From a virus (lineage: Duplodnaviria > Caudoviricetes): 42,953 nt of DNA. The notes beneath the pieces are model-generated. The model saw only the letters and a list, made by a program, of their open reading frames with translations, was not told where the DNA came from and ran no database searches. The stretch is taken from the IMG/VR virus record IMGVR_UViG_3300037308_000189, positions 1-42,953 of that record; one strand, 5' to 3'. Made by a program: the position numbers and the translations under genes. Of the stretch, positions 25,816 through 36,184 are shown piece after piece (positions within the stretch are counted from its first letter, which is position 1; every line of letters starts with the position of its first letter).

Positions 25816-26185
25816 TCATCGGTATCAGCCCCAGCATCTGCGCTAGTTTGTTTTCCTGTTCTGCCTCTAAATATGCTTCATCTTGCTGGGCATAATCAGG
25901 TTCTTTTTCATGTGGAGGTAGTGATTCATCGTCATAATCGTTGGTATAGTCGGGAGTTTTGTAGGCTGCCGCGTAGGATCTCAATGACGCGGCGCATTGT
26001 TCCAACATGCGTTGGACGCTCTGGAGATGCGTTGCCCCTGCAGGACCTACACCGGACTTGCCGATGCCGTGCAGAGTCACCGCACATGTATCGATGAATG
26101 CAGAAACCGAAATGACAGCGATCTTGATCGTCTGCTCTTCGTTGTTTGCTATGCAATTATTGTTGTGCTCGCCCATGTGTATCAT
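25793..26185 (-). CDS. Hypothetical protein with acidic C-terminus
   Basis: 130 aa with GGAG RBS; overlaps the portal start. Confidence 0.6.
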   Translation of the reverse strand: MIHMGEHNNNCIANNEEQTIKIAVISVSAFIDTCAVTLHGIGKSGVGPAGATHLQSVQRMLEQCAASLRSYAAAYKTPDYTNDYDDESLPPHEKEPDYAQQDEAYLEAEQENKLAQMLGLIPMNEDESHG

Positions 26186-26203
26186 CTCCAGAGGAAAACT
26201 GTT

Positions 26204-26662
26204 TTAGATGTTGGTGCCGTACTTGGTATCAATCAGAGGCCATTCGCCAGTCTTGAGCTTGGCTTCGATCACGAGCGTGTAAGCCGTTGGAGCACTAGCA
26301 GCCAGGAAGACAAATTCCGGCAATGCTGTGGTTGCGTTCTGGATGACCTGATACTCCGATGCAAGGCCAGGAGCGCCAGCAACGCGGACATAGGTGGACT
26401 CAAGGGCATCGCATTCCCATCGCCGCGACGACACGCGAGGATAGAGGGAGGCAATGTAGTTCTTGAGCGCCGTGGCGGTAGCGCCATAGGTTGCATGAGC
26501 CTCAGCAGAGGTCCAAAAGGCTCCGGCAAGGTCGCCGAAGTCCAGATCCACATCGGCTGCAAGGCCGGTAATCTGTGCTTCGATCACATGCTCGAATCGG
26601 CGAGTGATGCTCTGATCAATGGGTCGTGCGTAGGCTTTCCACGCTGTTACTGCGTATGCCAT
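26204..26662 (-). CDS. Structural protein, paralogue 3 of 3
   Basis: MAYAVTAWK...ADVDLDFGD...AFWTSAEA...PE..F.A.SAPTA...YGTNI. Confidence 0.75.
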   Translation of the reverse strand: MAYAVTAWKAYARPIDQSITRRFEHVIEAQITGLAADVDLDFGDLAGAFWTSAEAHATYGATATALKNYIASLYPRVSSRRWECDALESTYVRVAGAPGLASEYQVIQNATTALPEFVFLAASAPTAYTLVIEAKLKTGEWPLIDTKYGTNI

Positions 26663-26680
26663 AGTAGGGACTCCTCTTTA

Positions 26681-27133
26681 TTAAATAGTTCCGTAAGAAA
26701 CGGGCTCAACAGGCTTTGCAGCGTCGAGCAAGTCAACGTCGATCACCAATACGAGAGCAGTTGGACCACTTGCAGCGTGGAATGTCAGCTCAGGCATCTT
26801 AGAAGCAGCGTCATAAGTAAGATTGTATTCTGTAGCTCCAGCAGTCGCACCAACCACGCGGATGAATGCCTGGAGGCCACCCGTGCGACACTCAACGTGT
26901 GCCTGCTTCGCAGTCAGAGCCGCGAGGTGAGCAGCAAGAGCCGTAGCCTTCGCACCATGCGTTCCATCAGCAATAGCCGAGGTAAACATTGCGCCAGCCG
27001 CACCATCGCCAATGTCCCAATCGACATCTGCAGCCGTAGCAGTGACACTGATTATTGTTCGCTGCACCCATCGGCGAGTGGTTCCACCGGATGCAATCGG
27101 AAAAGTTTTCCATGCAGGAATTGCCCATGCCAT
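26681..27133 (-). CDS. Structural protein, paralogue 2 of 3
   Basis: MAWAIPAWK...ADVDWDIGD...SKMPELTF...SYGTI; AAGGGAG RBS. Confidence 0.75.
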   Translation of the reverse strand: MAWAIPAWKTFPIASGGTTRRWVQRTIISVTATAADVDWDIGDGAAGAMFTSAIADGTHGAKATALAAHLAALTAKQAHVECRTGGLQAFIRVVGATAGATEYNLTYDAASKMPELTFHAASGPTALVLVIDVDLLDAAKPVEPVSYGTI

Positions 27134-27146
27134 AGTCGTATCTCCC

Positions 27147-27605
27147 TTAAATTGTTCCAGACGATACAGGGGCCAATGGATACGCTCCATCAGCCAAATT
27201 AAACTCAATTATCAACGTAATTGCCGTTGGAGCAGCACCGGCATTGAATGCAATTTCGGGAATTTTTGACGTAGCATTGATGGTTACGCCGTACTGAGTC
27301 GCAGCCGCAGGAGCGCCCACAACGCGAGTGTATGCGGATTCAAGAACCGCAGACCGCATGAGCACTTCGGACGCCAAAGGATACGCTTTCGTCAGCTCTG
27401 CCTTGAGTGCCGTAGCGCGAGCTCCGTAGGTGGCATCTGCTTCTGCCGAGGTCCAGAATGCACCTGCAGTCAGATCGCCGAAATCCACATCAACATCAGC
27501 CGCTGCCTGTGTGATATCTGCCTCAAAAACCATTTTGCCATATGTTTTGCTTGGCCCCTTCGATGGAAACCATGTTGATTTCCAGGCCGTGATAGCGTGA
27601 GCCAC
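27147..27605 (-). CDS. Structural protein, paralogue 1 of 3
   Basis: MAHAITAWK...ADVDVDFGD...SKIPEIAF...SSGTI; GGAGGTG RBS. Confidence 0.75.
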   Translation of the reverse strand: MAHAITAWKSTWFPSKGPSKTYGKMVFEADITQAAADVDVDFGDLTAGAFWTSAEADATYGARATALKAELTKAYPLASEVLMRSAVLESAYTRVVGAPAAATQYGVTINATSKIPEIAFNAGAAPTAITLIIEFNLADGAYPLAPVSSGTI

Positions 27606-27690
27606 TGGTCACCTCCGTTTTCGCAATCGCGGCAATATCGCCGCACGAATCACTAACAAGGAGATGATAAGGCTGGATGGTAGCTATCTA

Positions 27691-29262
27691 TTAGATCTCA
27701 AGATCGTAGGGGATGTACCCGGCAGGAAGCTTGCGTTGCCCGGCTGCAGCCTCGATGGCCTGAAACTCGGGAGAATCGCGCAGGGGCGGCACATAGTAGC
27801 CATAGGGGTTCTGGATTGGGACCGTGCGAGGTCCGCCCAACGGCTGATTTGGCCCGAGTGGTCCGGAGGGTAGCTGAATCGGCCCCCGCATCTCACCCGT
27901 TGCTGCCCTGGCCCCGATCTGGCCTGCCGCCTGCGCCTCGTACGGAGCTGCTGCGCGTCCCGCCTGCTGCACGCCTCGGCCTACTGCACTCACGCCCCGA
28001 CCTGTGGCTGCCATTCCGCGAGAAGCTGCACCGAATGCCTCTTCGGAAGCCTTGATCAACTGCTGTCCGCCGCGAGAAAGAGCATCGATTCCGCCTCCCA
28101 ATTGCTCGCCGTATTTGCGCCCTGCCGCCTGTCGCGCAGCATCCGCAGTCAGTCCGCCCGCTGCTGGATTGAGGTTGATTCCTCCCTTGCCCACATTGCT
28201 GCCGACGTTCGCGAACCGGGATCCCAGGTTGCCAAGGATCTCTTCTGCAGAGCCGCCCAGAGGTCTGGCTCCCAGCTTCTCGGCTACCTTCGCGCCACCC
28301 TGCACGAGAAGCTGTGGAACTGTCGCGCCTGCGCCCGCCATCGTCGCCTGGGAGGTTCCTGGCGCCAGGATTGAGCCAACAAATTTGCCTGCCGGAGTGG
28401 CTCCGATTTGAGCCATATTCATCACTTTTCCAGTGCCCTCGGCCAGCTTCCCCGCGCCTATTGCCGTGTTCGATGCAGGAGAGCCCAAGAACTTCGCTGC
28501 CCAGCCCGGCAGGTATTTGCTCGCCAGGGAGCCCATGCCCTTGAGGACGCCAGGAGCTGCCGCAGAAATGGCCGTTGCTTTCCCGCCTTCTTCCGCAGCT
28601 CGCCGCATGTCAAATGCTTCGCGATATGCAGGATCCAATGCTGCGAGTCCTCGCGTTAATGTCTCAGCTCCAGCAGTGCCAGCTCCCGATCCGACCATCC
28701 CACCGGCAACAACTCCTGCTGGCCCTGCTCCTGCTCCGACGACTCCGCCACCAATACCGCCAGCAATGCCGCCAGCGATTCGCGTACCTGTGGTGAGTCC
28801 TTCGGCCAAGTCGGCCACGTCCCAGTCTGGTGAATTGGTGATCGCTCGGTACTTGCCGGATCCTGGGTCGTAGTAGTAAAAGTCCCGGCCACTTCCGATG
28901 ATTTCTGCATTTTGAATCCCTGCCTCTGCCATTTTCGTTTGCAGATACTTCTTTTTCTGCCCGTCATCTTCGAGGTTTGAAATCGCGTACCTCATCGATG
29001 GAGACACTCCCGTAGCGTCGATCTGGTCTGCCGGAGGCATCACCTGCCCGACCTGGATTCCTGCAGCTCCAAGAAGAGCCTGCATCGGCACGGTGAATTG
29101 CTGCCCCGCCTGACTGACTTGTGCGTACATACCATCAGGAGTCACGGCAAGAATTTGCTTATCAGTTCCCTGCATCGCAGCATTGGCCTGTTGCATGATC
29201 TGAATGGCGTTCATCTCGAAATCGTTGCCGTCCGGCCCTTTGATCTTATAGATAAGGCTCAT
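27691..29262 (-). CDS. Putative internal virion / DNA ejection protein
   Basis: 523 aa, Gly/Ala-rich with glycine-zipper hydrophobic segments; podovirus ejection-gene position. Confidence 0.6.
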   Translation of the reverse strand: MSLIYKIKGPDGNDFEMNAIQIMQQANAAMQGTDKQILAVTPDGMYAQVSQAGQQFTVPMQALLGAAGIQVGQVMPPADQIDATGVSPSMRYAISNLEDDGQKKKYLQTKMAEAGIQNAEIIGSGRDFYYYDPGSGKYRAITNSPDWDVADLAEGLTTGTRIAGGIAGGIGGGVVGAGAGPAGVVAGGMVGSGAGTAGAETLTRGLAALDPAYREAFDMRRAAEEGGKATAISAAAPGVLKGMGSLASKYLPGWAAKFLGSPASNTAIGAGKLAEGTGKVMNMAQIGATPAGKFVGSILAPGTSQATMAGAGATVPQLLVQGGAKVAEKLGARPLGGSAEEILGNLGSRFANVGSNVGKGGINLNPAAGGLTADAARQAAGRKYGEQLGGGIDALSRGGQQLIKASEEAFGAASRGMAATGRGVSAVGRGVQQAGRAAAPYEAQAAGQIGARAATGEMRGPIQLPSGPLGPNQPLGGPRTVPIQNPYGYYVPPLRDSPEFQAIEAAAGQRKLPAGYIPYDLEI

Positions 29263-30680
29263 TTCGGTGCCCCCATCTTGCTAAAGTCAAGTGTCCCCAT
29301 GCCTTGAAATACGTTAGGGGTCGGTTGCGTTGACTGCACTCCAGGGAGGAATTGAACCGCCTGGAATTTCTCCCAGGTATTCCGTACAGCCGGAGTGTCA
29401 AGGGAAGAGCCAAGCCCCCCAGGCATTGAGTTCGAGATATCGGATTTGAACCGCTTCTCAAGCTCTTTTATAGTATTATCGAGGAGAGTTTTCCTTGAGA
29501 TAGGCAATAATCCGCTAAATGTTACAAAGCTATTGAGCCCCTTGGCTGATTCCGTCATCCCGAGGTCATTGAGAATGGTTGTGGTGTTAGCAAGAGCGTC
29601 TTCAGCAACCTTTGAGTTCGGGAAGATATTTGGATTTTCTATCGAAGATTTTAGTTGTTGAAGCTGTCCGAGAGCTTGATTGTATTTTTGATTCTTGTCG
29701 TAAACCGCAAGCCATCTCTGATACGCAGGATCCGATTGCCTGAGGAGAGTGTCCTGCATCTGCCTTGACTTCGTTTGCGTGATTACGTTGTTCACTGCTT
29801 CATAGACTTCGCCAGGAGGCACACCGCTTTCGATGAGTTCACGCTGCTTCGCCTGGAATCGCTCCGGGTCTTGAGCAAATGGACTCAACTCTCCAGCCAG
29901 AGTATTCACGTTCATTCCACGCAATTGCTGCTGGTAGTTCAGAGTCGCGATTTGCTTGTTGACTCGATTCATTGAGATCGCATCTTTTGCGGCCTCGATG
30001 TTGGCCTCTGCCTGCTTCAATTCCAGAGGATTCATCTTCTCGGCCTGCGCAATCTGCTGCATAATTTGATTACGCTGTGCCTGTGCCGTCTTAACCTGCT
30101 CCGTAGCGCCGAGCTGCTTCATGCGCTCGGTATATTGCCGCACGGTTTCCCCGGCCATCGCATCCGGAAGGTGAGCTTCTGTTGCCGCGCTCGCCTCCCA
30201 CCGCTCCAGCTCCACAGCCGCCCGTGCCTGAATCTGCTGCATCTGTTCCTGTGATTTTGCCTGCCCGATCTGTGCTTCGGTGAGCTGCTGTTGTTGCTGC
30301 AACTGCCCCGGCAATGCGGCAAGCCTTTGCTTCTCGCCCTCGGTCTGCAGGCCCGTCAGCTCGCGTTGCTGCCTGCTCTGCGCCATTTGCTCCTCGGCTG
30401 CAGCTCGTTTCGTGGCCATATCTGCGCCCCGCACGTAACCTTCCCCGAGGTTCTGGAGGCCCTGGCCGATTGCCTGCCCCTGCGCGATCCGACCTTGGGA
30501 GATCACGTCTGCAGCTCGCTGGCCCTGATTCCTGGCCTCTTCAGCACCGCCAGACTGAATCGCCATTGCCCTGTCTACCTGCCCTTGCTGCCAGGAGGGA
30601 GCTTGCGGAATCCCGAACGCTTGGGGATCAACCCTGCGTTTCCGGCTCTCCTCGCTCTCCAATATCGCTCTCCAGCCCAT
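29259..30680 (-). CDS. Putative internal virion / ejection protein (Gln-rich coiled coil)
   Basis: ~473 aa, helical and Q/A/E-rich; GGAGG RBS. Confidence 0.6.
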   Translation of the reverse strand: MGWRAILESEESRKRRVDPQAFGIPQAPSWQQGQVDRAMAIQSGGAEEARNQGQRAADVISQGRIAQGQAIGQGLQNLGEGYVRGADMATKRAAAEEQMAQSRQQRELTGLQTEGEKQRLAALPGQLQQQQQLTEAQIGQAKSQEQMQQIQARAAVELERWEASAATEAHLPDAMAGETVRQYTERMKQLGATEQVKTAQAQRNQIMQQIAQAEKMNPLELKQAEANIEAAKDAISMNRVNKQIATLNYQQQLRGMNVNTLAGELSPFAQDPERFQAKQRELIESGVPPGEVYEAVNNVITQTKSRQMQDTLLRQSDPAYQRWLAVYDKNQKYNQALGQLQQLKSSIENPNIFPNSKVAEDALANTTTILNDLGMTESAKGLNSFVTFSGLLPISRKTLLDNTIKELEKRFKSDISNSMPGGLGSSLDTPAVRNTWEKFQAVQFLPGVQSTQPTPNVFQGMGTLDFSKMGAPK

Positions 30681-30882
30681 TGTTGCCTCCAATTATGATG
30701 TATTCTCTCGCATCTATTGCAGGGATGACCTGCACATTGCCGTTGGTTAAACTGAGGACCAAACGAGGCCGGATCAGCACGTTCTTGACTTGTGCCTCTG
30801 TTTCGTGCCCGATTACGTCGAACGTCCTCCAATATTTGATATAGAAAAAGCTGTACTCCACCTTGACTTTGTATGTCTTCAT
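30628..30882 (-). CDS. Small hypothetical protein
   Basis: 84 aa ORF filling the gap between ejection-like genes. Confidence 0.45.
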   Translation of the reverse strand: MKTYKVKVEYSFFYIKYWRTFDVIGHETEAQVKNVLIRPRLVLSLTNGNVQVIPAIDAREYIIIGGNNGLESDIGERGEPETQG

Positions 30883-30906
30883 GCCGCTCGCCCCTTCGTG
30901 TTGGTA

Positions 30907-32637
30907 TCAACTTACCATTGTGTTTCCATATTGACTACCGTATCCGCCTTGGCCCATCTGGTCAAAAAATGGGTAGCTCTGATACTGCTGTGGTTGTGCG
31001 TTGCTCTGATACGGGCTGAATCCCCTTGCCGCTCCCTGTGCAACTGCCCCCGCAATCGGAGCCGCAGCCATTGCGGGACCGCCGAAGTATGCCCCGGCTA
31101 CCTGCCCGCCCAGGCCCATCGCACCCATCAACATCTGGAGGTTCTGTTGTTGCTGCGCCTGCTGCATCTGGATGTTATTCGTTGTCGCGCTCTGTGCCAG
31201 TCCGGCCTGTTCCCTCTGCTGGTTGTAGTCGAGGCCCGCAAGGTTCGTTTGGCTTTGCATGAGCCGCTCTGCAGCCGCTCGGTCGATCCCGAGTGACTGC
31301 TGGATGAATTGTAGATCCTGCGCCTTGTTGCCGTACCCGCGAGAGATCTTGCCCTCCTCGATGGCAGACCGCGAGCCGAAAAGCGTATCGGCAACATTCT
31401 GCCGATGTCCTTCCGCCGCACCCTTAGCTCCGTATATGTCCTTGCCGTACTGGGATTGCTCGCCGCGCAGGTTACCCAAAAGAGCATTTATATCGGACTC
31501 GCCTGCCATAAGCTGAGCTAATCGGTTGGAGGTGCGATCCATCGCCTCGGTCCTGGCGGTATAGCCTCGGTCGTAGGCTTGCGTGGAAGCCTCCTGGCCC
31601 TTGGCGATCCCCGTGGTCCGGAGAGCCCCTTCTGTGTCAAGAGAGCTGCGCCGAAGATCGGAAGCTCGATCTCCCATCGTCTGCAGGCCCTGCATCTGGT
31701 AGGCCCGCTTCTGGTCCTCCAGGCTGCGCATCCGCTGCTGTGCCTGTGCATATGCCTCCGATGATTGCACTCCCTGTTGAGCTGCGAGAGCCGCGAGCTG
31801 GGATCCTGTCATGGGCATTCCGCTGCCGCCCATGAGGCCGGTAGCCTGTGCTCCGAGAGCATTGAGCACGCCCACATCGGCGAGTCCACGCTGGCGAGTC
31901 CCGGCCACTTCTTGGTCGATTCCAGCAACGCCCCGTTGCATCAACCCCTCAAGGTCGGCCCGTTCCTGCTTACTCATCGTGTCGTACCGGCCCGTCATCT
32001 GGTCCGCGAGTCCGCTGTACATGCCCCGCATTTGGGAAGCAACTGCGTTATTCTGATCCATAGAATCAGCTAGGCTCATAGCTTGCTTTGATACCGTATT
32101 CTCGAAATTCCTCGCGTTGTCGAGGTTCGTCATCAGGTTAGGTCGCACAGTATTCGTGTACGTATTCTTTGCGTCCGTTGCCTGTTGCGATGCTTGATTG
32201 GTCAAATTCGTCGCAGTATTCACATACTGGTCAGTAATCTTGTTGACGTTCTGCACGCCCTCGTTGAGGTAGCTACTCTGTTGGTTGAACAGTCCCTGCC
32301 GCGTGTTGTCTGCCTGCGCGTCGAGGTTGTTTCGCTCGCGACGGTAGTTGTCCATCGACTCCTTGGATTGCGTGTCGAGTCCCGACATCTGCTTTGAAAA
32401 TGTTCCCTCTGCGCCTGTGTATGACTGCCGGTATTTGTCGTATCCCTCATCAAGAGCTTTTCGATGCTCGGCTGCTGCTTGTGTTGCTTGCGCCTGTTGC
32501 TCGTCAGCTCGTCGCTGCCTTGTAGCTCCGCCGAAGGTGTAAAAGTCCTTGCTGTCGTCGCTGATTTTTCCTTTTGTGGCAAGCTCATATGCTGGAGTTA
32601 TTCCACTCACCCGCCCTACTGTATCCCAAAAACCCAT
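30907..32637 (-). CDS. Putative ejection / pilot protein
   Basis: 576 aa Q/A-rich helical protein with Gly-rich hydrophobic segments; follows the nozzle-like gene. Confidence 0.6.
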   Translation of the reverse strand: MGFWDTVGRVSGITPAYELATKGKISDDSKDFYTFGGATRQRRADEQQAQATQAAAEHRKALDEGYDKYRQSYTGAEGTFSKQMSGLDTQSKESMDNYRRERNNLDAQADNTRQGLFNQQSSYLNEGVQNVNKITDQYVNTATNLTNQASQQATDAKNTYTNTVRPNLMTNLDNARNFENTVSKQAMSLADSMDQNNAVASQMRGMYSGLADQMTGRYDTMSKQERADLEGLMQRGVAGIDQEVAGTRQRGLADVGVLNALGAQATGLMGGSGMPMTGSQLAALAAQQGVQSSEAYAQAQQRMRSLEDQKRAYQMQGLQTMGDRASDLRRSSLDTEGALRTTGIAKGQEASTQAYDRGYTARTEAMDRTSNRLAQLMAGESDINALLGNLRGEQSQYGKDIYGAKGAAEGHRQNVADTLFGSRSAIEEGKISRGYGNKAQDLQFIQQSLGIDRAAAERLMQSQTNLAGLDYNQQREQAGLAQSATTNNIQMQQAQQQQNLQMLMGAMGLGGQVAGAYFGGPAMAAAPIAGAVAQGAARGFSPYQSNAQPQQYQSYPFFDQMGQGGYGSQYGNTMVS

Positions 32638-32640
32638 ACG

Positions 32641-35600
32641 TCACCCCTCGAAAAATTGTGTTTCTGTTAGTGGCATCTTATCGCCTTCAATGGCGACGTA
32701 CTGCAAATTGAGCTGCCCACCGATCCAGTTGCCTTCGATCTTCACCTGCCAACTCTGGCCGAAATTCGCCGCATTGGTTGGGACCATCTGCCCCAATACT
32801 TGGAAGTATCCGTTGCTGTTGTTGAGCAGCGTAACCGTCCTGGCCGCAAATCCCGAGGATACGTTGGTGCGATACTGCACCGAGATCGTTTGAGCAGCGT
32901 AGGATCCGAGCAGCTCGACGAAAAACAGCATGTGGAAGTAGTACCAGCGATAGAAATGCTTGAGGCCACCAGGAGCCCACTGGTTGCTGATTAACGTGAA
33001 CGCAATCCGGTTGTGCCGGTTTGTGTAGAACGGGAAATTGAGGTCGAAGGTCAAAGCCGCCGCGAACTGTGCCGGGGAAGTGTTCGGATCCCGCTGCACG
33101 TCCACAGTGCCAGCTCCTGCGTTTTTCGTGATGACAACCCAGATGTTGTTGTTGCACACTGCTTGCTCTGAGTAGAGCCCCATCGATGGAGTCGCCAGCA
33201 GATCCCCGGCTGCAAAGGCCCCGAGCTTTGCCGCGTCAAATCCCGCCGCGAGCGTAAAACGGAAATTGTCCCCGCCCAGAGCTGCAACTTCTTTCACCAT
33301 CCACTCATAGCCGTAGCCAAAATCTCCACTGTTGCAGAGGTGATCAAAAAACACCGGCCTGGAGATAGCACCGGCAGCATTCTCCCGCGTTCCTAGCAGG
33401 AGTCGCTTGCCCTGGATTCCCCGCGTCCTCGCCGCGTTGTCGATGGTGATTTCCTGCGCCCAGTCGATTTTGTTGTCGAACTTGTAGTACAACCACTTTC
33501 CAAATCTGACATTATAAACGAGTGAGTGAGTAGGCTCTGTTCCTCTTGATGTGCTTGGAGTGAAGTAGAAAATGACTTCTTTTGTATGACTGTTATAGCT
33601 TGCGACGATCCCATCTGCGTCACCGAGGCTATACCAGCCAAACAGATCTGGTTCCAATTCCGTAGAGATCCGTTGAGGAAGATCCACGCCATCATCAGCA
33701 AAAATCCCCTGTGGCCCCCAAAAGTACATAATGCCATCGGCCACAACCGCAGCCTTGGAGGAAAAGGCCGTAATCGTGCTCCGCAGCCTCACTGAGAAGT
33801 CGGAGCCATCCAATGGGTACTCGCCTACCACGTCCGCAGAAACTCGCACCGGGACCAATTGCGGCATGCCGTTGAACTCGCCGAAATACATCTCTTCACT
33901 TCCGAAGATAATCAGCCGCCCCGTGTGTTCCGTTTCTCCCTTGAACGTATGCACGAGCATGCCACGAAACTCACCCCGAGGACATGAGACGCTGTTCCTG
34001 GCAGGATATGCAAGAGGGTTGTCCTTCATTGAGAAAGACATCTGCCGTTTTGATATCCAGAAAGTCCTTTGGTTGAATACGGCAACATCCTCCCAGGCAT
34101 CTTCCGGGAGTGGTGAGTAGTCGATAAATCCACCGGGCTGGCCACCTGGAAGAGCTGCAATCGGGCTCTCGCACACGGCAAATTCGGTTTTGTCCGGGTG
34201 GTAGAAAGCCTCTGTTTGGGTGATCTTTCCCGCTGGGAGCCATTCAAACGTGCCAAGCTCGCGGTAGTAAATCCGATATTCCAGGTAATTTACACGCCGG
34301 TTGTGCTCTGTGCTGTAGGCTGGGAAGGGATTAACATATCCGCTCATTACGGATTGATAGAACTCGTTGACGCCGGGATTGGGTGTTCCGCCCGAAACCG
34401 TTGGCCACAAGAGCAAGTAGAGGCATACGAAGTCATCAACACCAGTAAGAACCTGAGCAGGAGCGCCAACATTCGTTTCATAATCAGTCGTGTAATCATA
34501 GATCGAATAGGCAAACTCATAGATCGATCCCCCGCGCAAGAGGCCAGATCCTGCAGCTCCGAGAGCCACGTTGTAGGTGCCGTTTCGTTGGTTCGCAGCT
34601 TCCACCGCCGCGAGATTCCGCGTAGGCGTGCCGTAGGTCGTTGAAGGCCAGACGTTCCAGCAGGATTGTACCTGCCTGCTGTTCTCTGTGTAGGGTGTGC
34701 CAAACGCTCCTTCCTGGGAGGTCTGGATGCTCTGAGGTGTAGGAATCGGGCTTGTGATATCGATCCACCGGAAGAATTGCCGGTCATCCCCGCGTTCGTG
34801 TTCCTGCACAATGGCACAAATGGCCTTGCCTGGAGCGGACATGATGATCTGATATTGGCTGCTGATCGTCAGCTCGGGGTCATAGAGCAAAGTCATCATC
34901 GAGGCCCCCACGCCACCGCGAGCGCCTGCATCGGGATTGATCTTCGTGGCGTTTGGCCAGTCCGCCGTCGCAAGGTTCGTTTTCCCTGCCCCGCCCTCGC
35001 TGTTGATGGTTGGCAGGTAGCTCGCCGAGGTAATCGCCTTGGCTCCGATGTTCCACTGCGCGATCATTTCTGCCGGGGCGGCTGCATATCCGATGCTCCA
35101 CAGCTTCACGGCTCGCGTGCCTTTCGTCCAGCCACCGAAGTTGAACGAAGGCGGATGCCCAAAGATCGCGAACGTGTTCCAATACCCGAAATAGGGAAGG
35201 CCGTAGCGGTTGGCTGTGTCGGGATAGCTCGGATCCACAGCACCGATCCAGTAGGGTTTGTTGAGCACCTTGCCCTGGTGGTTGTACGCCACGGACCTGC
35301 ACCATGTGCGTGTGCTATCGATGGTCCGAAACTCCACGGGAGTCGGTCGGAGGCTACGGTATTTGGTGCGAATGGTGCCGAGTAGTCCAGACTTCGTTAA
35401 GCTCTCCCATGCGAAACCCTGCGCGATATCGGCCACGAACTTGAAATTGCCCCCGTCATTGGCCACGTTGATCGCGAGGTCGAAGGTCGCCACGCCACCC
35501 TGTAGGCTGCTGCAGATGAACACGTAGTGCGTTCTCCGGACCGCAATTGAATCGTAGGTGCCAATGGTCAGAGGGACCACGCCGAAGCACTTTTTGCGAT

Positions 35601-35850
35601 TCTCCCAGGCATAGGTGCCTGCCCCTTCCGAGGCCCGGAGCCCCGCAAACAGGGATGCTGCAGGTGGCTCGTTGCTGGCATGCCCTGGTATGGGAGCCAT
35701 GCCATACCGAGGCCCCACGCCTTCGCCTCGGGCGATGCTGCAATTGCTGATATCGTCGCCGAAATGGAATCTTGGAACGAAATCAAGGCCGAATACGTCC
35801 AGGCCCTCAAGTAGCGTGTCAGTTTCAAATCTCTGTGATCGTGTTTCCAT
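32641..35850 (-). CDS. Tail nozzle / stabilisation protein (T7 gp12/P22 gp10-like, with insertions)
   Basis: 1069 aa. Beta-propeller-like segments (VAVFNQRTFW, LIIFG, VVADGIMYFWGPQGIF, LVYNVRFGKW) and a C-terminal WQVKIEG motif. Confidence 0.65.
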   Translation of the reverse strand: METRSQRFETDTLLEGLDVFGLDFVPRFHFGDDISNCSIARGEGVGPRYGMAPIPGHASNEPPAASLFAGLRASEGAGTYAWENRKKCFGVVPLTIGTYDSIAVRRTHYVFICSSLQGGVATFDLAINVANDGGNFKFVADIAQGFAWESLTKSGLLGTIRTKYRSLRPTPVEFRTIDSTRTWCRSVAYNHQGKVLNKPYWIGAVDPSYPDTANRYGLPYFGYWNTFAIFGHPPSFNFGGWTKGTRAVKLWSIGYAAAPAEMIAQWNIGAKAITSASYLPTINSEGGAGKTNLATADWPNATKINPDAGARGGVGASMMTLLYDPELTISSQYQIIMSAPGKAICAIVQEHERGDDRQFFRWIDITSPIPTPQSIQTSQEGAFGTPYTENSRQVQSCWNVWPSTTYGTPTRNLAAVEAANQRNGTYNVALGAAGSGLLRGGSIYEFAYSIYDYTTDYETNVGAPAQVLTGVDDFVCLYLLLWPTVSGGTPNPGVNEFYQSVMSGYVNPFPAYSTEHNRRVNYLEYRIYYRELGTFEWLPAGKITQTEAFYHPDKTEFAVCESPIAALPGGQPGGFIDYSPLPEDAWEDVAVFNQRTFWISKRQMSFSMKDNPLAYPARNSVSCPRGEFRGMLVHTFKGETEHTGRLIIFGSEEMYFGEFNGMPQLVPVRVSADVVGEYPLDGSDFSVRLRSTITAFSSKAAVVADGIMYFWGPQGIFADDGVDLPQRISTELEPDLFGWYSLGDADGIVASYNSHTKEVIFYFTPSTSRGTEPTHSLVYNVRFGKWLYYKFDNKIDWAQEITIDNAARTRGIQGKRLLLGTRENAAGAISRPVFFDHLCNSGDFGYGYEWMVKEVAALGGDNFRFTLAAGFDAAKLGAFAAGDLLATPSMGLYSEQAVCNNNIWVVITKNAGAGTVDVQRDPNTSPAQFAAALTFDLNFPFYTNRHNRIAFTLISNQWAPGGLKHFYRWYYFHMLFFVELLGSYAAQTISVQYRTNVSSGFAARTVTLLNNSNGYFQVLGQMVPTNAANFGQSWQVKIEGNWIGGQLNLQYVAIEGDKMPLTETQFFEG

Positions 35851-35887
35851 GCCCCGCCCTCCGGTATGAGTATAGGGCGAGAATAGT

Positions 35888-36184
35888 CTAGGTCAGTGCA
35901 TTATGGCTATTTTTGCGTGCGCGACGCTCAACGAGGCTCACCACGTTGTCTGTCACAGGTTTTCCAAAGACTTCGATAAGAACCGCCTTCAACTGCGGCA
36001 TCAATTGCTGATCAAGCTTATCCTTCAATCGTGCATAGTTCCTGGTGCAGTAGTATGCCTTAGAAAAGACCTTCTGCCACGGGGTCATCAGCTCTTCTGA
36101 AACTCGTCGCACCTCCACAAGCCCTACAGCACGGTCGAAGTCGGCAAACATGCTGCTGGTATTGAAAACGGCTGTGTGAAGCAT
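35888..36184 (-). CDS. Hypothetical protein
   Basis: 98 aa ORF downstream of the Rha gene. Confidence 0.5.
   Translation of the reverse strand: MLHTAVFNTSSMFADFDRAVGLVEVRRVSEELMTPWQKVFSKAYYCTRNYARLKDKLDQQLMPQLKAVLIEVFGKPVTDNVVSLVERRARKNSHNALT

Noticed and set aside
25997-27202. 401-aa plus-strand ORF
   Set aside because: Antisense shadow of the paralogous structural genes; no motifs.
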